DNA of 64,000 bases from an uncultured archaeon (GTDB lineage Archaea > Asgardarchaeota > Heimdallarchaeia > Heimdallarchaeales > Heimdallarchaeaceae), in the NCBI GenBank assembly GCA_964534625.1, contig CAZHRF010000003.1:32001-96000 (forward strand), given 5' to 3'. Of this stretch, positions 19,483-38,568 are shown piece after piece (within the stretch, counting starts at the first letter, position 1; every line of letters starts with the position of its first letter). The notes under the pieces were generated by a model, which ran no database searches, was not told the DNA's origin, and saw nothing but the letters and a program-made list of their open reading frames with translations. Position numbers and translations under genes: made by a program.

Positions 19483-19512
19483 TGTTCACAAATTGTGAAC
19501 ACAAATTGTGTT
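19483..19512. promoter_or_regulatory. Overlapping palindromes TGTTCACAA-A-TTGTGAACA and AACACAA-A-TTGTGTT; candidate tandem operator
   Basis: Perfect 9-bp and 7-bp arms sharing the core CACAAATTGTG, upstream of the bactofilin-like/wHTH genes. Confidence 0.5.
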
Positions 19513-19524
19513 TAATTTGAGAGT

Positions 19525-20175
19525 TTATTCTGTGTTAAAAGCTCGATCTCCTGCATCCCCAAGACCAGGTACAATATACCCTTTTTTATCTAATACCGGA
19601 TCAATATCCCCAGCTAGTATAATTAATTCATCATACTTCCCCTTCAATCTTTTTAAACCATAATTAGAGGCTATAGCGCATAAGATAATAATCTTAGTCG
19701 GATTTTGATGATATAACTTGTCTACAAGATAAAGAAGAGTTGAACCGGAAGCCAACATAGGATCAACAAGTATTGCTACTTTATTTTCTAAATAGGGAAC
19801 ATTAAAGTAGTCACCATCTATTCTAAAATCTGTTCCTTGTTCATTCAACATTTTTCCTCTTGATGCAGAAACAAAACCAACAGAGGCGTGCTTATATTGG
19901 GATAAAACACCTTCCGCCATTGGAGCGGCAGCTCGTAAAATTGATATAACGCTAATATCATCCGCTATCACCTTCATTTTTTTGTTCCCTAATGGTGTTT
20001 TAACCACAGTATCTTTTTTTGATAAATACTTGGAAGCTTCGTAGGCTAGATATATACCCAACTCTCTCAGATTGTGTCTAAAAACAGGTGGTTCAGTGTT
20101 CTTATTCCTCAACTTTGCAATTACTTCTGAACATAAAACATTCGTTTGGCTAATATTATTAATCATAAATCTCAC
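19525..20175 (-). CDS. upp: Uracil phosphoribosyltransferase
   Basis: SILRAA, VDPMLASGST, YIVPGLGDAGDR. Confidence 0.96.
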   Translation of the reverse strand: MRFMINNISQTNVLCSEVIAKLRNKNTEPPVFRHNLRELGIYLAYEASKYLSKKDTVVKTPLGNKKMKVIADDISVISILRAAAPMAEGVLSQYKHASVGFVSASRGKMLNEQGTDFRIDGDYFNVPYLENKVAILVDPMLASGSTLLYLVDKLYHQNPTKIIILCAIASNYGLKRLKGKYDELIILAGDIDPVLDKKGYIVPGLGDAGDRAFNTE

Positions 20176-20495
20176 ATATTTTTAATCTTCATTTAACATT
20201 CAAACGTATATACCAAAAAGTTTTTTGTAATTTAGAATCACTACAACATATTCATCATGGCAATGTATGATAATAGAAAGAATAAAAACTAAACCCTTAA
20301 TCAATCTCTCTTCTCTGGGATTGAGCCAAATTTCAATGACCCCTTACCAGGGTTGTTATAATGATTGTTATGATAGAATAGGCTAATATTCGTTTTAAAA
20401 TGATCCAACACTTGAATCTTTTCTTAATTCGGTAGTACTATTCCTTTAGAAATCCTCAAGTTCCACATAATATTAGTCGTAAAAACAAATGCAAA

Positions 20496-21197
20496 TTGTT
20501 TTTAAAGGTTAAAATTATTATTATCTTGTTAGCAATGTTTCCACAATCAGGGGGTAGTGCAGTCCCTCCCAATAAGTATATAGAGCAATTAATTATTCAA
20601 GCAATTCAATCTTTCTATTTAGAAGATTACGAATCTGGTGCTCATTTTCTTGAAGAAATTCGTAGAGCATTACCTAGAATGATGTATCAACTCAATCCTA
20701 TTTTACGCAGTCTTTGTAAAGAAATAATAAAGATAGTTCAAGGTGGTTTAGTAAAACAAAGGGAATCTAAAACAAAGCACCCTTCAGAAATACCAATCAG
20801 AGATAAGAATTTCATCGTTTCGGATTCAGACACCTCTTCAACCGACAAAACTAGTACAAAATCGGCAATGCCAACTCATGAAAAAAACGATAAAAATACA
20901 CCAACCAAAGAGGATACATTTTCAGACAAACCAACTAAAAGCATCATCGATGGACCCAGCGCACCACTAGAAGACCCATTCAATGATAATACACCTCAAA
21001 AACCAAAGAGACAATCTTCAAGCTCCGCTATGACTGATTTTTCACTTCCAGATACAGATACTCAAATAACTGCTACTGAAAGAGCATTAATATCCGAAAT
21101 CAGTTCTGTTGTTAAGAAGAAAAAAGACAAGAAGTTAGATGAGATAGAAGATAGTCTTACTGGAACACTATCTGATTTACAAGACTATGATGATTAA
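20496..21197 (+). CDS. Hypothetical protein with a central S/T/D/P-rich disordered region
   Basis: ORF only; the true start may be the ATG of MFPQ. Confidence 0.7.
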   Translation: MFLKVKIIIILLAMFPQSGGSAVPPNKYIEQLIIQAIQSFYLEDYESGAHFLEEIRRALPRMMYQLNPILRSLCKEIIKIVQGGLVKQRESKTKHPSEIPIRDKNFIVSDSDTSSTDKTSTKSAMPTHEKNDKNTPTKEDTFSDKPTKSIIDGPSAPLEDPFNDNTPQKPKRQSSSSAMTDFSLPDTDTQITATERALISEISSVVKKKKDKKLDEIEDSLTGTLSDLQDYDD

Positions 21198-21206
21198 ACA
21201 TACAAA

Positions 21207-21608
21207 CTATTGATTCAGGTTATATTCATCAGGTATATTTTCCCAATTTTTTTCTATTAAATCATATACTGCTTCTTCTACTGAATACAATGTTTTCTTC
21301 AACCTTTCTTTTAGATTGGATTGGTCTACAGCCTTATATATGTTTCTTACACTACCCTCCGGAATATCTCGGACTTCAACTTTCACTAATCCTTGATCTA
21401 TCAATCCTTTTATTATTCGTACTACCGTTGTTCTATCTCTATCAACATATTCCGCAATTTCTTTAATATTTTTTTCAGGATTCTTGACTAGGTAAAAATA
21501 TATTTTTGTGTGTATGGGTCTAAGTCCAAATAGACAACTGAAAATATCGCATCTTGCTCCTGTGCTCAAAGTTTCTGCTAAATTCATAAAACAGCCATCA
21601 ATTGTCAT
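21207..21608 (-). CDS. TrmB-like HTH transcriptional regulator
   Basis: CDIFSCLFGL followed by IKEIAEYVDRDRTTVVRIIKGLIDQGLV. Confidence 0.85.
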   Translation of the reverse strand: MTIDGCFMNLAETLSTGARCDIFSCLFGLRPIHTKIYFYLVKNPEKNIKEIAEYVDRDRTTVVRIIKGLIDQGLVKVEVRDIPEGSVRNIYKAVDQSNLKERLKKTLYSVEEAVYDLIEKNWENIPDEYNLNQ

Positions 21609-21738
21609 TTTATCATATATCCTTTTTTAACGAAGTCAATTAAATATTGTGTTATAACAAAATTTTTCAACACTTTAGTTGTAAAAACCAACAATTTAAA
21701 AGTAGATGAATAGGATGTACCATGTATGTTAATTAATA

Positions 21739-22200
21739 TTGCACACACTTATGGTGACTATGATGACGGATTCTGAGATAGAAAAGATTAAACAAAAGAA
21801 GATACTGGAAATGATGAATACAGAAAAGAACAAAGATACTCCTGCAGGAAAAGCAATAGAATTAAACGATAATCAATTTGAAAGTTTCATTAAGAAAAAA
21901 GGAATAGTTGTTGTCGATTGCTGGGCACAATGGTGTGGCCCATGTCGTACAATGGCCCCCATAATGGATCAGTTAGCCCAAGAATGGAAAGATAAAGGCG
22001 TTCATATTGGTAAAATTAATGTTCAACAATATACTCGTTCTGCAGCTAAATATGGTGTTTCATCAATTCCAAACTTTTTAGTGTTTAAAGATGGGAAATA
22101 TTTAGGTAATGTTTTAGGTGCTGTAGGAAAAAAACCTTTTGAAGAATTATTCAAAAAAATATTAAGAGGAGATTTTGATAAAAAGGAAGGGTATGCATAA
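21739..22200 (+). CDS. trxA: Thioredoxin
   Basis: DCWAQWCGPC, YGVSSIP. Confidence 0.95.
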   Translation: MHTLMVTMMTDSEIEKIKQKKILEMMNTEKNKDTPAGKAIELNDNQFESFIKKKGIVVVDCWAQWCGPCRTMAPIMDQLAQEWKDKGVHIGKINVQQYTRSAAKYGVSSIPNFLVFKDGKYLGNVLGAVGKKPFEELFKKILRGDFDKKEGYA

Positions 22201-22219
22201 TCTCCTTTTGTATTTATTT

Positions 22220-24094
22220 TCATTGGTGGATGTAATCAAATAAACTCGTTTGTACTTCTTTTTTAACTTTAATGGGCGTTGAATATAGTCTTTCGCTAAA
22301 TTCTCTATTTCTTGTTGTTACAATAATCAAAAAATTATCTTTTACATCATTCAAGACTGTTGCTAATAACTCAAGCCTTTTACCATCTAGGGCATTTTCT
22401 GGACTGTCTATTATTAACATACCGTATTTTGCATATCCTTTGTTTATAAGATATTTCCATACAGCAATTCGTAAAGCTATATCTATGAAATATTTTTCAC
22501 CGCCTGACATGCTTTCATAGGCTCTATTACTCCCATCAACTAATAATGATAGGGTCATAAATTTGGGGTCTATATGCATTCCATATCCAAAAACGTCTAA
22601 AGCTGTTTCTGAAAATTGCTTTAAAATTTGTGTCCTCTCAACAGTTGAAGGTTCATTAGCTTTTAATTTTAATAATTCCTCTTGAATTTCTTGTAACTTT
22701 TGTTTTAGAGACTCTTTTCTCGATATTATTGCATTTAAATTAATGTTTTCTTTAATAAAATCCATTTGAGTTTCCACAAGGGTTATACTCTTTACGGATT
22801 GATTGATCTCTTTCATTATTCCTTTAATTACTTGGTCATGTTGCTTTATCTTTGCTCTAATACTTGATATTGTCTCATGTAATTGTCGTTCTTGTTGTTT
22901 TTCTTGCTTAAACTCCTCTTCAGTTTGTTTTAACTTTTCATTCAATTCAATCAATTCAGCTTCTGTTTTTGCCAAATCTTCTTCTAAACTTTGACTTTCC
23001 GGCATTTCTTGTTTCTCTATGTTAAACAAACCTTCTTTTAGTGAAGCAGGTAATCGATGCCATTCGGTCCCACAAATTGGACATCCAACCTGTAGTCTCC
23101 TATCCCAATTACGTTCAAGATTGGTATGACAAAATTCACACATTGGTTTTTGACTAATTTTTGTTTTTAAATAATCGTACTTTTCACTCCCCACTTTTTC
23201 CGCTACATCCAAACTCTTGAGTATAGTTTCTCTTTTTCGCGCTAAATTGTTTCTGTTTGTTCTTATTTTGTCAATTTCTATCCTCATTTCATAATTTTCT
23301 TCTTTTTTTGCAAAGAGTAACTCATTCAATTTTTCTTCTTCTTTTTCCAATTCTTGAATTTTCTCTTCTTCTATTTCAATGATTTCTTCCTTTTGTTTTC
23401 TTTGTTTTTCAAGTTCCTTATATCTTTCAGTTAATATCTGCTCACTTACTGCTTCTATCCCCAGTAATTGCATGGCTGAGCGTATCTTCTCTTCTGTTTC
23501 TTCTAACTTTTTCACTTGATCCATAGTATCTTTTCTTTTTTGCTCTTTTTCACGTATTTTTTGTCTTAACTGGTAGTCTTCTGGAGCTCCACTCGTATAT
23601 TTATGTATTAATCTAAAAAAGCTATAGAGATCATTTTCTTCCTCTCTTCCCAGCAATGTATGAGAATCTTCTCGCTTAAAATACAAACTTTGATATAAAT
23701 CTTGAAGGTCATCTAAAGAGATCTTTAGCTTACGAAAAAGGTAATTAGAGTATTCTTGTTTTGAATAACTTCTTGTTCCTTTTCCTGATTCGGAAACATG
23801 TGTTCGTATTCCTGCATCAGTTAAATTTTGTTTAATTATTGCCTCTTGACTAAAAAACCATGTACTTTTGATATAAGCGTCTTTTGACGCCCGTTTTCTA
23901 GAAAAAGAACTATATCGTTGTGCATGGGCATCCGAACATAATGCCCTTTCTATTATATCACACAAAGTTGTTTTTCCGTGGCCATTATTTGCTAGCAATG
24001 AATTAATGCCACTTTCAAATTTAATTATATGTGTAGAAGATTCTGATAATGGAATAATATCACTAAACTCTAATTCTGAAAGAATCGGTAACAT
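22220..24094 (-). CDS. SMC/Rad50-like coiled-coil ABC ATPase with a central Cys4 motif
   Basis: Walker A NNGHGKTT, long coiled coils, CEFC...CPIC, signature MSGGE, Walker B LIIDSPE. Confidence 0.85.
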   Translation of the reverse strand: MLPILSELEFSDIIPLSESSTHIIKFESGINSLLANNGHGKTTLCDIIERALCSDAHAQRYSSFSRKRASKDAYIKSTWFFSQEAIIKQNLTDAGIRTHVSESGKGTRSYSKQEYSNYLFRKLKISLDDLQDLYQSLYFKREDSHTLLGREEENDLYSFFRLIHKYTSGAPEDYQLRQKIREKEQKRKDTMDQVKKLEETEEKIRSAMQLLGIEAVSEQILTERYKELEKQRKQKEEIIEIEEEKIQELEKEEEKLNELLFAKKEENYEMRIEIDKIRTNRNNLARKRETILKSLDVAEKVGSEKYDYLKTKISQKPMCEFCHTNLERNWDRRLQVGCPICGTEWHRLPASLKEGLFNIEKQEMPESQSLEEDLAKTEAELIELNEKLKQTEEEFKQEKQQERQLHETISSIRAKIKQHDQVIKGIMKEINQSVKSITLVETQMDFIKENINLNAIISRKESLKQKLQEIQEELLKLKANEPSTVERTQILKQFSETALDVFGYGMHIDPKFMTLSLLVDGSNRAYESMSGGEKYFIDIALRIAVWKYLINKGYAKYGMLIIDSPENALDGKRLELLATVLNDVKDNFLIIVTTRNREFSERLYSTPIKVKKEVQTSLFDYIHQ

Positions 24095-24161
24095 TAGTAT
24101 TAAGTATATTTAATAACTTTTTAAACCTTTTTCGTTTATTATACTTAACCCAATTAAGATA

Positions 24162-28888
<4,727 letters not shown>

Positions 28889-29185
28889 TTAAAAAGGGCT
28901 CTAACCTATTGTTTTTAACGTGAATCTTATTTTTTTATCATTTAAAAATCAATTGGTTGTATCGCATTTCAAACTATTCTGCTAACACTTTTTACTTTGA
29001 CACATAGAGTCTGAGTCTGAGTGAAAAACCATCAAAAAAAACACTTTATTCTTACTTAAACAACGAATAATGATAGGGATTTGTAATTATCTACACAGTT
29101 AACCAAACCAAGAAAATAAGCATGTGAAGTTTAGAAAGATAAACTTACATATTAAATGACAAAGAATATCTGTCAATTTTTAAAT

Positions 29186-30133
29186 CTAAGGAACAATTCT
29201 CGTTCCACTAGTTCCCTTTATTGCTTCTTTTACAGTTTCAGGGTTAGTGATTATCGCCGTACCTTGTGTTTTCTTTACGTATTTTATAGCGGCTTCTACC
29301 TTTGGTCCCATACTACCTTCTATAAAATGTCCTTCTTTATAATATTGCATAGCTAATTCCAAATTTATTTCTCCCAGCTTCTGACTATTTTCTTTATTGT
29401 AATTTAAATAGGCATTAGATACGTCAGTTAACACAATAAAATACTTAGCGTTTACTTCTTCAGCAAGAATTGATGTTGCCCGATCTTTATCAATGACTGC
29501 GATTGCTCCTTCCAACATACCATCTTCTTTTTCTATAATAGGTATACCTCCCCCACCTGTACAGTAAACTAAAGCACCAGTATTAACAACAGCCATAATC
29601 TCTTTCTTTTCAACTATTTTCTGTGGCCATGGCGAAGCCACAAACAATCTGTAACCACGATCTGCATCATTTTTATAAGGTCCCTTCTTTATTTTATTAA
29701 ACTCGTCAGCTTGCTCTTTGGTATAAAAACGACCAATGGGTTTTGTAGGTTTTTTGAAAGCGGGATCATCCTTATCAACTATAACGCGTGTACAAATTGT
29801 CACTACAGATAAATCAAGTCCTCTTCGTTTAAATTCATTCTGCAAAGTCATCGATATCATGTATCCAATCTGTCCTTGGCTCATAGCTCCTGCAACATAT
29901 AATGGCATACTAGGGGTATCTTTGTAACCTTGTTGGGCTAAAATATTACCTACTTGCGGCCCATTACCCGATGTTAAAATAATTTTATACCCTTGTTCAT
30001 ACAAATCAGCGATAGTTCGGGCTGCGTCTCTTGTATTTTCCATTTGTTCTTCAAATGACCCTTTTTGTCCTCTCCTTAATATCATGTTGCCGCCCAAAGC
30101 AATAACAATTATCTCTTGTTCCATTGATTTCAC
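29186..30133 (-). CDS. arcC: Carbamate kinase
   Basis: ALGGN, GNGPQVG, PTKPIG, GGGGIP, AVIDKD, GSMGPKV. Confidence 0.95.
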   Translation of the reverse strand: MKSMEQEIIVIALGGNMILRRGQKGSFEEQMENTRDAARTIADLYEQGYKIILTSGNGPQVGNILAQQGYKDTPSMPLYVAGAMSQGQIGYMISMTLQNEFKRRGLDLSVVTICTRVIVDKDDPAFKKPTKPIGRFYTKEQADEFNKIKKGPYKNDADRGYRLFVASPWPQKIVEKKEIMAVVNTGALVYCTGGGGIPIIEKEDGMLEGAIAVIDKDRATSILAEEVNAKYFIVLTDVSNAYLNYNKENSQKLGEINLELAMQYYKEGHFIEGSMGPKVEAAIKYVKKTQGTAIITNPETVKEAIKGTSGTRIVP

Positions 30134-30216
30134 CTATAGATAAAAGCGAATTTAAAAAAGGATATATAAATTCTTCTTCAGTATAGGATTTATAGAGAAG
30201 ATAAAATTAGAAAAAA

Positions 30217-31608
<1,392 letters not shown>

Positions 31609-31655
31609 TTAGATTATCATTCACATTAGTATAACTTAAGTGAGTTGTTATTAAT

Positions 31656-32312
31656 TTGAGATTCTTTGAGAATGAACAATACATATTCTTGTACTTAGCT
31701 GATATTGTTAATGGAGAGTTAAAAGAAAACCCAGATAATCCGTATGACATAACACTAATAACCAGTAATGATGAGGAAATTAAGAGAACAAGATTAATAG
31801 GTACCGTTGTTGATAAATATTTCAGCCCCGGAACAGAAGAAAAAAAAGCATATACAGCTTTAGTTATTGATGATGGTACAGATACACTAAGACTGAAAGG
31901 CTGGGAAGATATGGCGGAGAGAATGAATGAAATGCTCATTGGAGATGAAATAGAAGCATATGGAAGACCAAACGAAGATGAAAATGAGAGATATATTGTT
32001 CCAGATAAAATAATTAAAATTAAAGATTATAAAAGGGAATTATATTTACGAGCCATAAAGGTAAAACGATATGCAAGTAATAATCTAAAAATACCAAAAA
32101 TTAGTGTTAAAAAAACAACAGATGAAGAGGAGACCAATATTGCCAAGGAAGACATAAGGAACCTTATCTTTGATAATGAAGAAGGTATGACATTAGATGA
32201 ACTGATGAAAACAACAGATATAGATCGCCCAACGATAGAAGAGGCAATTCAAGATCTTGCAAACGATGGAGACATTTATGAGCCTGAAACGGGGTTATTC
32301 AAGAGAGTTTAA
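31656..32312 (+). CDS. RPA2/RPA32-like ssDNA-binding subunit (OB fold + winged helix)
   Basis: RTRLIGTVV, IDDGTD, C-terminal LANDGDIYEP wHTH. Confidence 0.85.
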   Translation: MRFFENEQYIFLYLADIVNGELKENPDNPYDITLITSNDEEIKRTRLIGTVVDKYFSPGTEEKKAYTALVIDDGTDTLRLKGWEDMAERMNEMLIGDEIEAYGRPNEDENERYIVPDKIIKIKDYKRELYLRAIKVKRYASNNLKIPKISVKKTTDEEETNIAKEDIRNLIFDNEEGMTLDELMKTTDIDRPTIEEAIQDLANDGDIYEPETGLFKRV

Positions 32313-32378
32313 ATTAAAGTTGTCTCCTACATTTCTTTCTGTAAAAAGATAAAATTAAAAAATTTGACTAAATTGATC

Positions 32379-32720
32379 TTAATTGCAATATTCTGATAGA
32401 AGTGAAATAAACTTTTCTTTCAAGTCTAATCCCCTATATTTAAAACCTAGTTTTTTGATACATTTAGCAAGTTTTTTTTCTTCCAAAACATAATACAACC
32501 AAGAACTCAAATCACTAAACACTTGATTCTCTGAATCTAAGCGGTATATATGATATTCAATACTATAATATGGGACAAAAGGTAAAATGTGATATAATTC
32601 ACATAAAGTAGTAGCACACCCAAAAAGTGTATTAGGGTCATTAGGGTCCCTAAATGTAAAGGGAGGACTAATGGGTTTAGCTGGCTTAATGAAGTCATTT
32701 TTGGGTATAGATTTTGTCAT
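32379..32720 (-). CDS. DUF5752-like protein
   Basis: PFTF...ATTLCEL...SIEYH...SDLSSWL...L..KKLA pattern. Confidence 0.65.
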   Translation of the reverse strand: MTKSIPKNDFIKPAKPISPPFTFRDPNDPNTLFGCATTLCELYHILPFVPYYSIEYHIYRLDSENQVFSDLSSWLYYVLEEKKLAKCIKKLGFKYRGLDLKEKFISLLSEYCN

Positions 32721-32866
32721 TTACTCTTCCTTCAGATTATGAGATTTAAGTGAATCTTAAAAATATCTATTTAAAATTTATCCTATGAATTCTTTATGGT
32801 TTTAGAATAAGATGAGAGAAACATATAAGAAGTGAACAAACAGTATATAGGATATCACAACATCAA

Positions 32867-33171
<305 letters not shown>

Positions 33172-33256
33172 GACATTATATTGAAGCACAGAACAATAAA
33201 TTTGTTTTACAAAGGATTGAAGAAAACTATTCGCAATCAACTATAAGAATTAAGCA

Positions 33257-33339
33257 TGGAGCCACGACGGGGATTTGAACCCCGGAGCCTAAAGGCAATG
33301 CCTTAGCAGAGCATCTCCATACCGCTTGGATATCGTGGC
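33257..33339 (-). tRNA. tRNA-Ser(GCT), CCA encoded
   Basis: GCCACGA/TCGTGGC acceptor stem, ATGCT-CTGCTAA-GGCAT anticodon arm, variable arm GCC-TTTA-GGC, CGGGG-TTCAAAT-CCCCG T arm. Confidence 0.93.
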
Positions 33340-33554
33340 ATAGTGTGGAACAAACTTAGAGTGAAGTAATTCCGAGTGTAACAAGATCAATTATTTATTA
33401 TAATTACCCTTATTAATCAAAAACAAACCTTCACTATTCTATTTTAAATATTTCGACCGATTAGCTTTTTACACATAGATATGTATCTTCATACAGTCAA
33501 TAGTATCTTTTTCATAGCCAGGTATTGCTTACTCAGTCATATCTTCATCTTTAA

Positions 33555-36996
<3,442 letters not shown>

Positions 36997-37048
36997 GCAA
37001 AGTTAACATGTTTTTTGGTGTTTATATAATATATACATATTATAATAT

Positions 37049-37492
37049 ATGAGCGTAATGTCAAATATTATCCCTAATCTCACCCAAAATAAGTCAAATG
37101 AGTCAGAAAAAACCATCTTTCAAAAAATGACACAAGAGGAAGAGAAAAAGAGAGAGAAAGCAAGGAGATTGTTATTAAAAGAAGAGATTGACTTAACGAT
37201 TAAAAAATTATGGCGATTAATACCAGGATTATCAAATAATTTTCAGCAGATTAGAATTGAATCCTACAAATTGATTGACCAGGGAATAATTCCAGATAGA
37301 CCAAAACATGATGCTGCGCTAATAATGGTTATTGCTTTGTTTAAATATCATCTACCATTTGAACCATTGAAACAAGTAGCATTGTGTCTATTAAGAACAG
37401 ACACTATAAATGATCTACAAACATTAAACACACAAATTTTAGAGTATGAAAAAGATATAGAGAACATTGTACCATTCCAATATAGGATTTAA
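37049..37492 (+). CDS. Hypothetical protein, possible single TFB/cyclin-like helical repeat
   Basis: IKKLWRLIPGL...YKLIDQGIIPDRP...AALIMVIAL...P resembles a TFIIB core repeat. Confidence 0.5.
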   Translation: MSVMSNIIPNLTQNKSNESEKTIFQKMTQEEEKKREKARRLLLKEEIDLTIKKLWRLIPGLSNNFQQIRIESYKLIDQGIIPDRPKHDAALIMVIALFKYHLPFEPLKQVALCLLRTDTINDLQTLNTQILEYEKDIENIVPFQYRI

Positions 37493-37554
37493 ACAATGTT
37501 TATTACATCTTAAGCTTATATTAGACCTGTTTGGGTTTTTTTTCAATAAGCCTC

Positions 37555-37888
37555 CGACTGAAATCGCCCATAGAACCTGTAGTTCGACCTCACGTCAGAA
37601 GCCGTTTCCACCTTATCAGCTCCACACCGATTATTACGTGCATCACACATCGTTCTTAGGGGTGCTTACTTCCGTACCTAACCCATTTTGAACTAAACCT
37701 TTCTAATGCTCCCCTCCGGGAACACCTCTGGTTTGCGCAATCTCGTAAGTCGATGCTTCAACGCGTACTAAGGAAGGCGTATCTTTCCTCAGTAAGGCCT
37801 CGGCAACAGTATTCGTCCCAGCATATAGAGCGTTTCTGGTTATAGGGTAGCCCTAACACCCCGACTAGTTTTCTACCGATTTCAGTTG
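37555..37888 (-). ncRNA. ffs: Signal recognition particle RNA (archaeal 7S)
   Basis: Helix 8 TAGG-TAC-GGAA-GTA-AGCA (within 37660-84), helix 6 with a GGAG loop, Alu-domain CCCTATAACCAGAAA, terminal helix ACTGAAATCG/CGATTTCAGT. Confidence 0.93.
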
Positions 37889-38007
37889 ATTATTGTCATA
37901 ACCAACATTATAACATTTAAACATTATCATCTTTGGTTTATAGAGTATTATTGCACTATTACTGACATAAAGAAGTATTTATCAACGTACTTATAACTTT
38001 ACACACA

Positions 38008-38568
38008 ATGTGTTCAAGAGTGATAGAAGATTTTACTCCGGAATTCAACAGTCTATTTGATGAATTCTTGTCTGGTGTAACTTCTTTAGCAATTTTGGGG
38101 ATCGGTAATGAAATGAATGGCGATGATGCGGCTGGTCTTCATGTTATTTCAACTCTAAAACAATTCCAGTTACCCTCATGGATCACTCTTTTTTATTGTG
38201 AAAAAGCCCCCGAACATTTTCTCGGTAAACTCTATACTCAAAAACCCAACAGAGTTATTGTTATTGATGCTGCCAATTTATCTGGTCCACCTGGTGCCAT
38301 AGGTATCATTCCTACTGCTCTTATTTCCAAACAACTAAATTTTTCTACTCACACTTTATCTTTAACTTTGTTAGCTGATTTTTTAAAACCCGTTACTGAT
38401 GATTTTGATATCATGTTTATTGGTATTAAACCAAAATTAATGCTATTCGAAACACCGCTTTCCTTTGAAGTAAAGGAAGCAGTAGGGGAACTTGCACAAT
38501 TCTTATTTACCAAGCTTACAAATACAACTCATACTCACAAAATCAATTCTAGTAGGCAGACTACATGA
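38008..38568 (+). CDS. hycI: Hydrogenase maturation endopeptidase (HycI type)
   Basis: LGIGNEMNGDDAAG, APE, IDAA, FSTH. Confidence 0.92.
   Translation: MCSRVIEDFTPEFNSLFDEFLSGVTSLAILGIGNEMNGDDAAGLHVISTLKQFQLPSWITLFYCEKAPEHFLGKLYTQKPNRVIVIDAANLSGPPGAIGIIPTALISKQLNFSTHTLSLTLLADFLKPVTDDFDIMFIGIKPKLMLFETPLSFEVKEAVGELAQFLFTKLTNTTHTHKINSSRQTT

Noticed and set aside
20290-20360. Possible small RNA (AACCCT/AGGGTT and TCAATCT/GGATTGA stems)
   Set aside because: The stems are short, there are no convincing C/D or ACA boxes, and the strand is ambiguous.
37598-37794. Extra expansion hairpins in SRP RNA (37766-37794, 37598-37623)
   Set aside because: The same segments can pair with each other as a normal-length helix 5 (GAGGCC/GGCTTC, TACGCC/GGTGTG, TACG/CGTA), so insertions are not supported.
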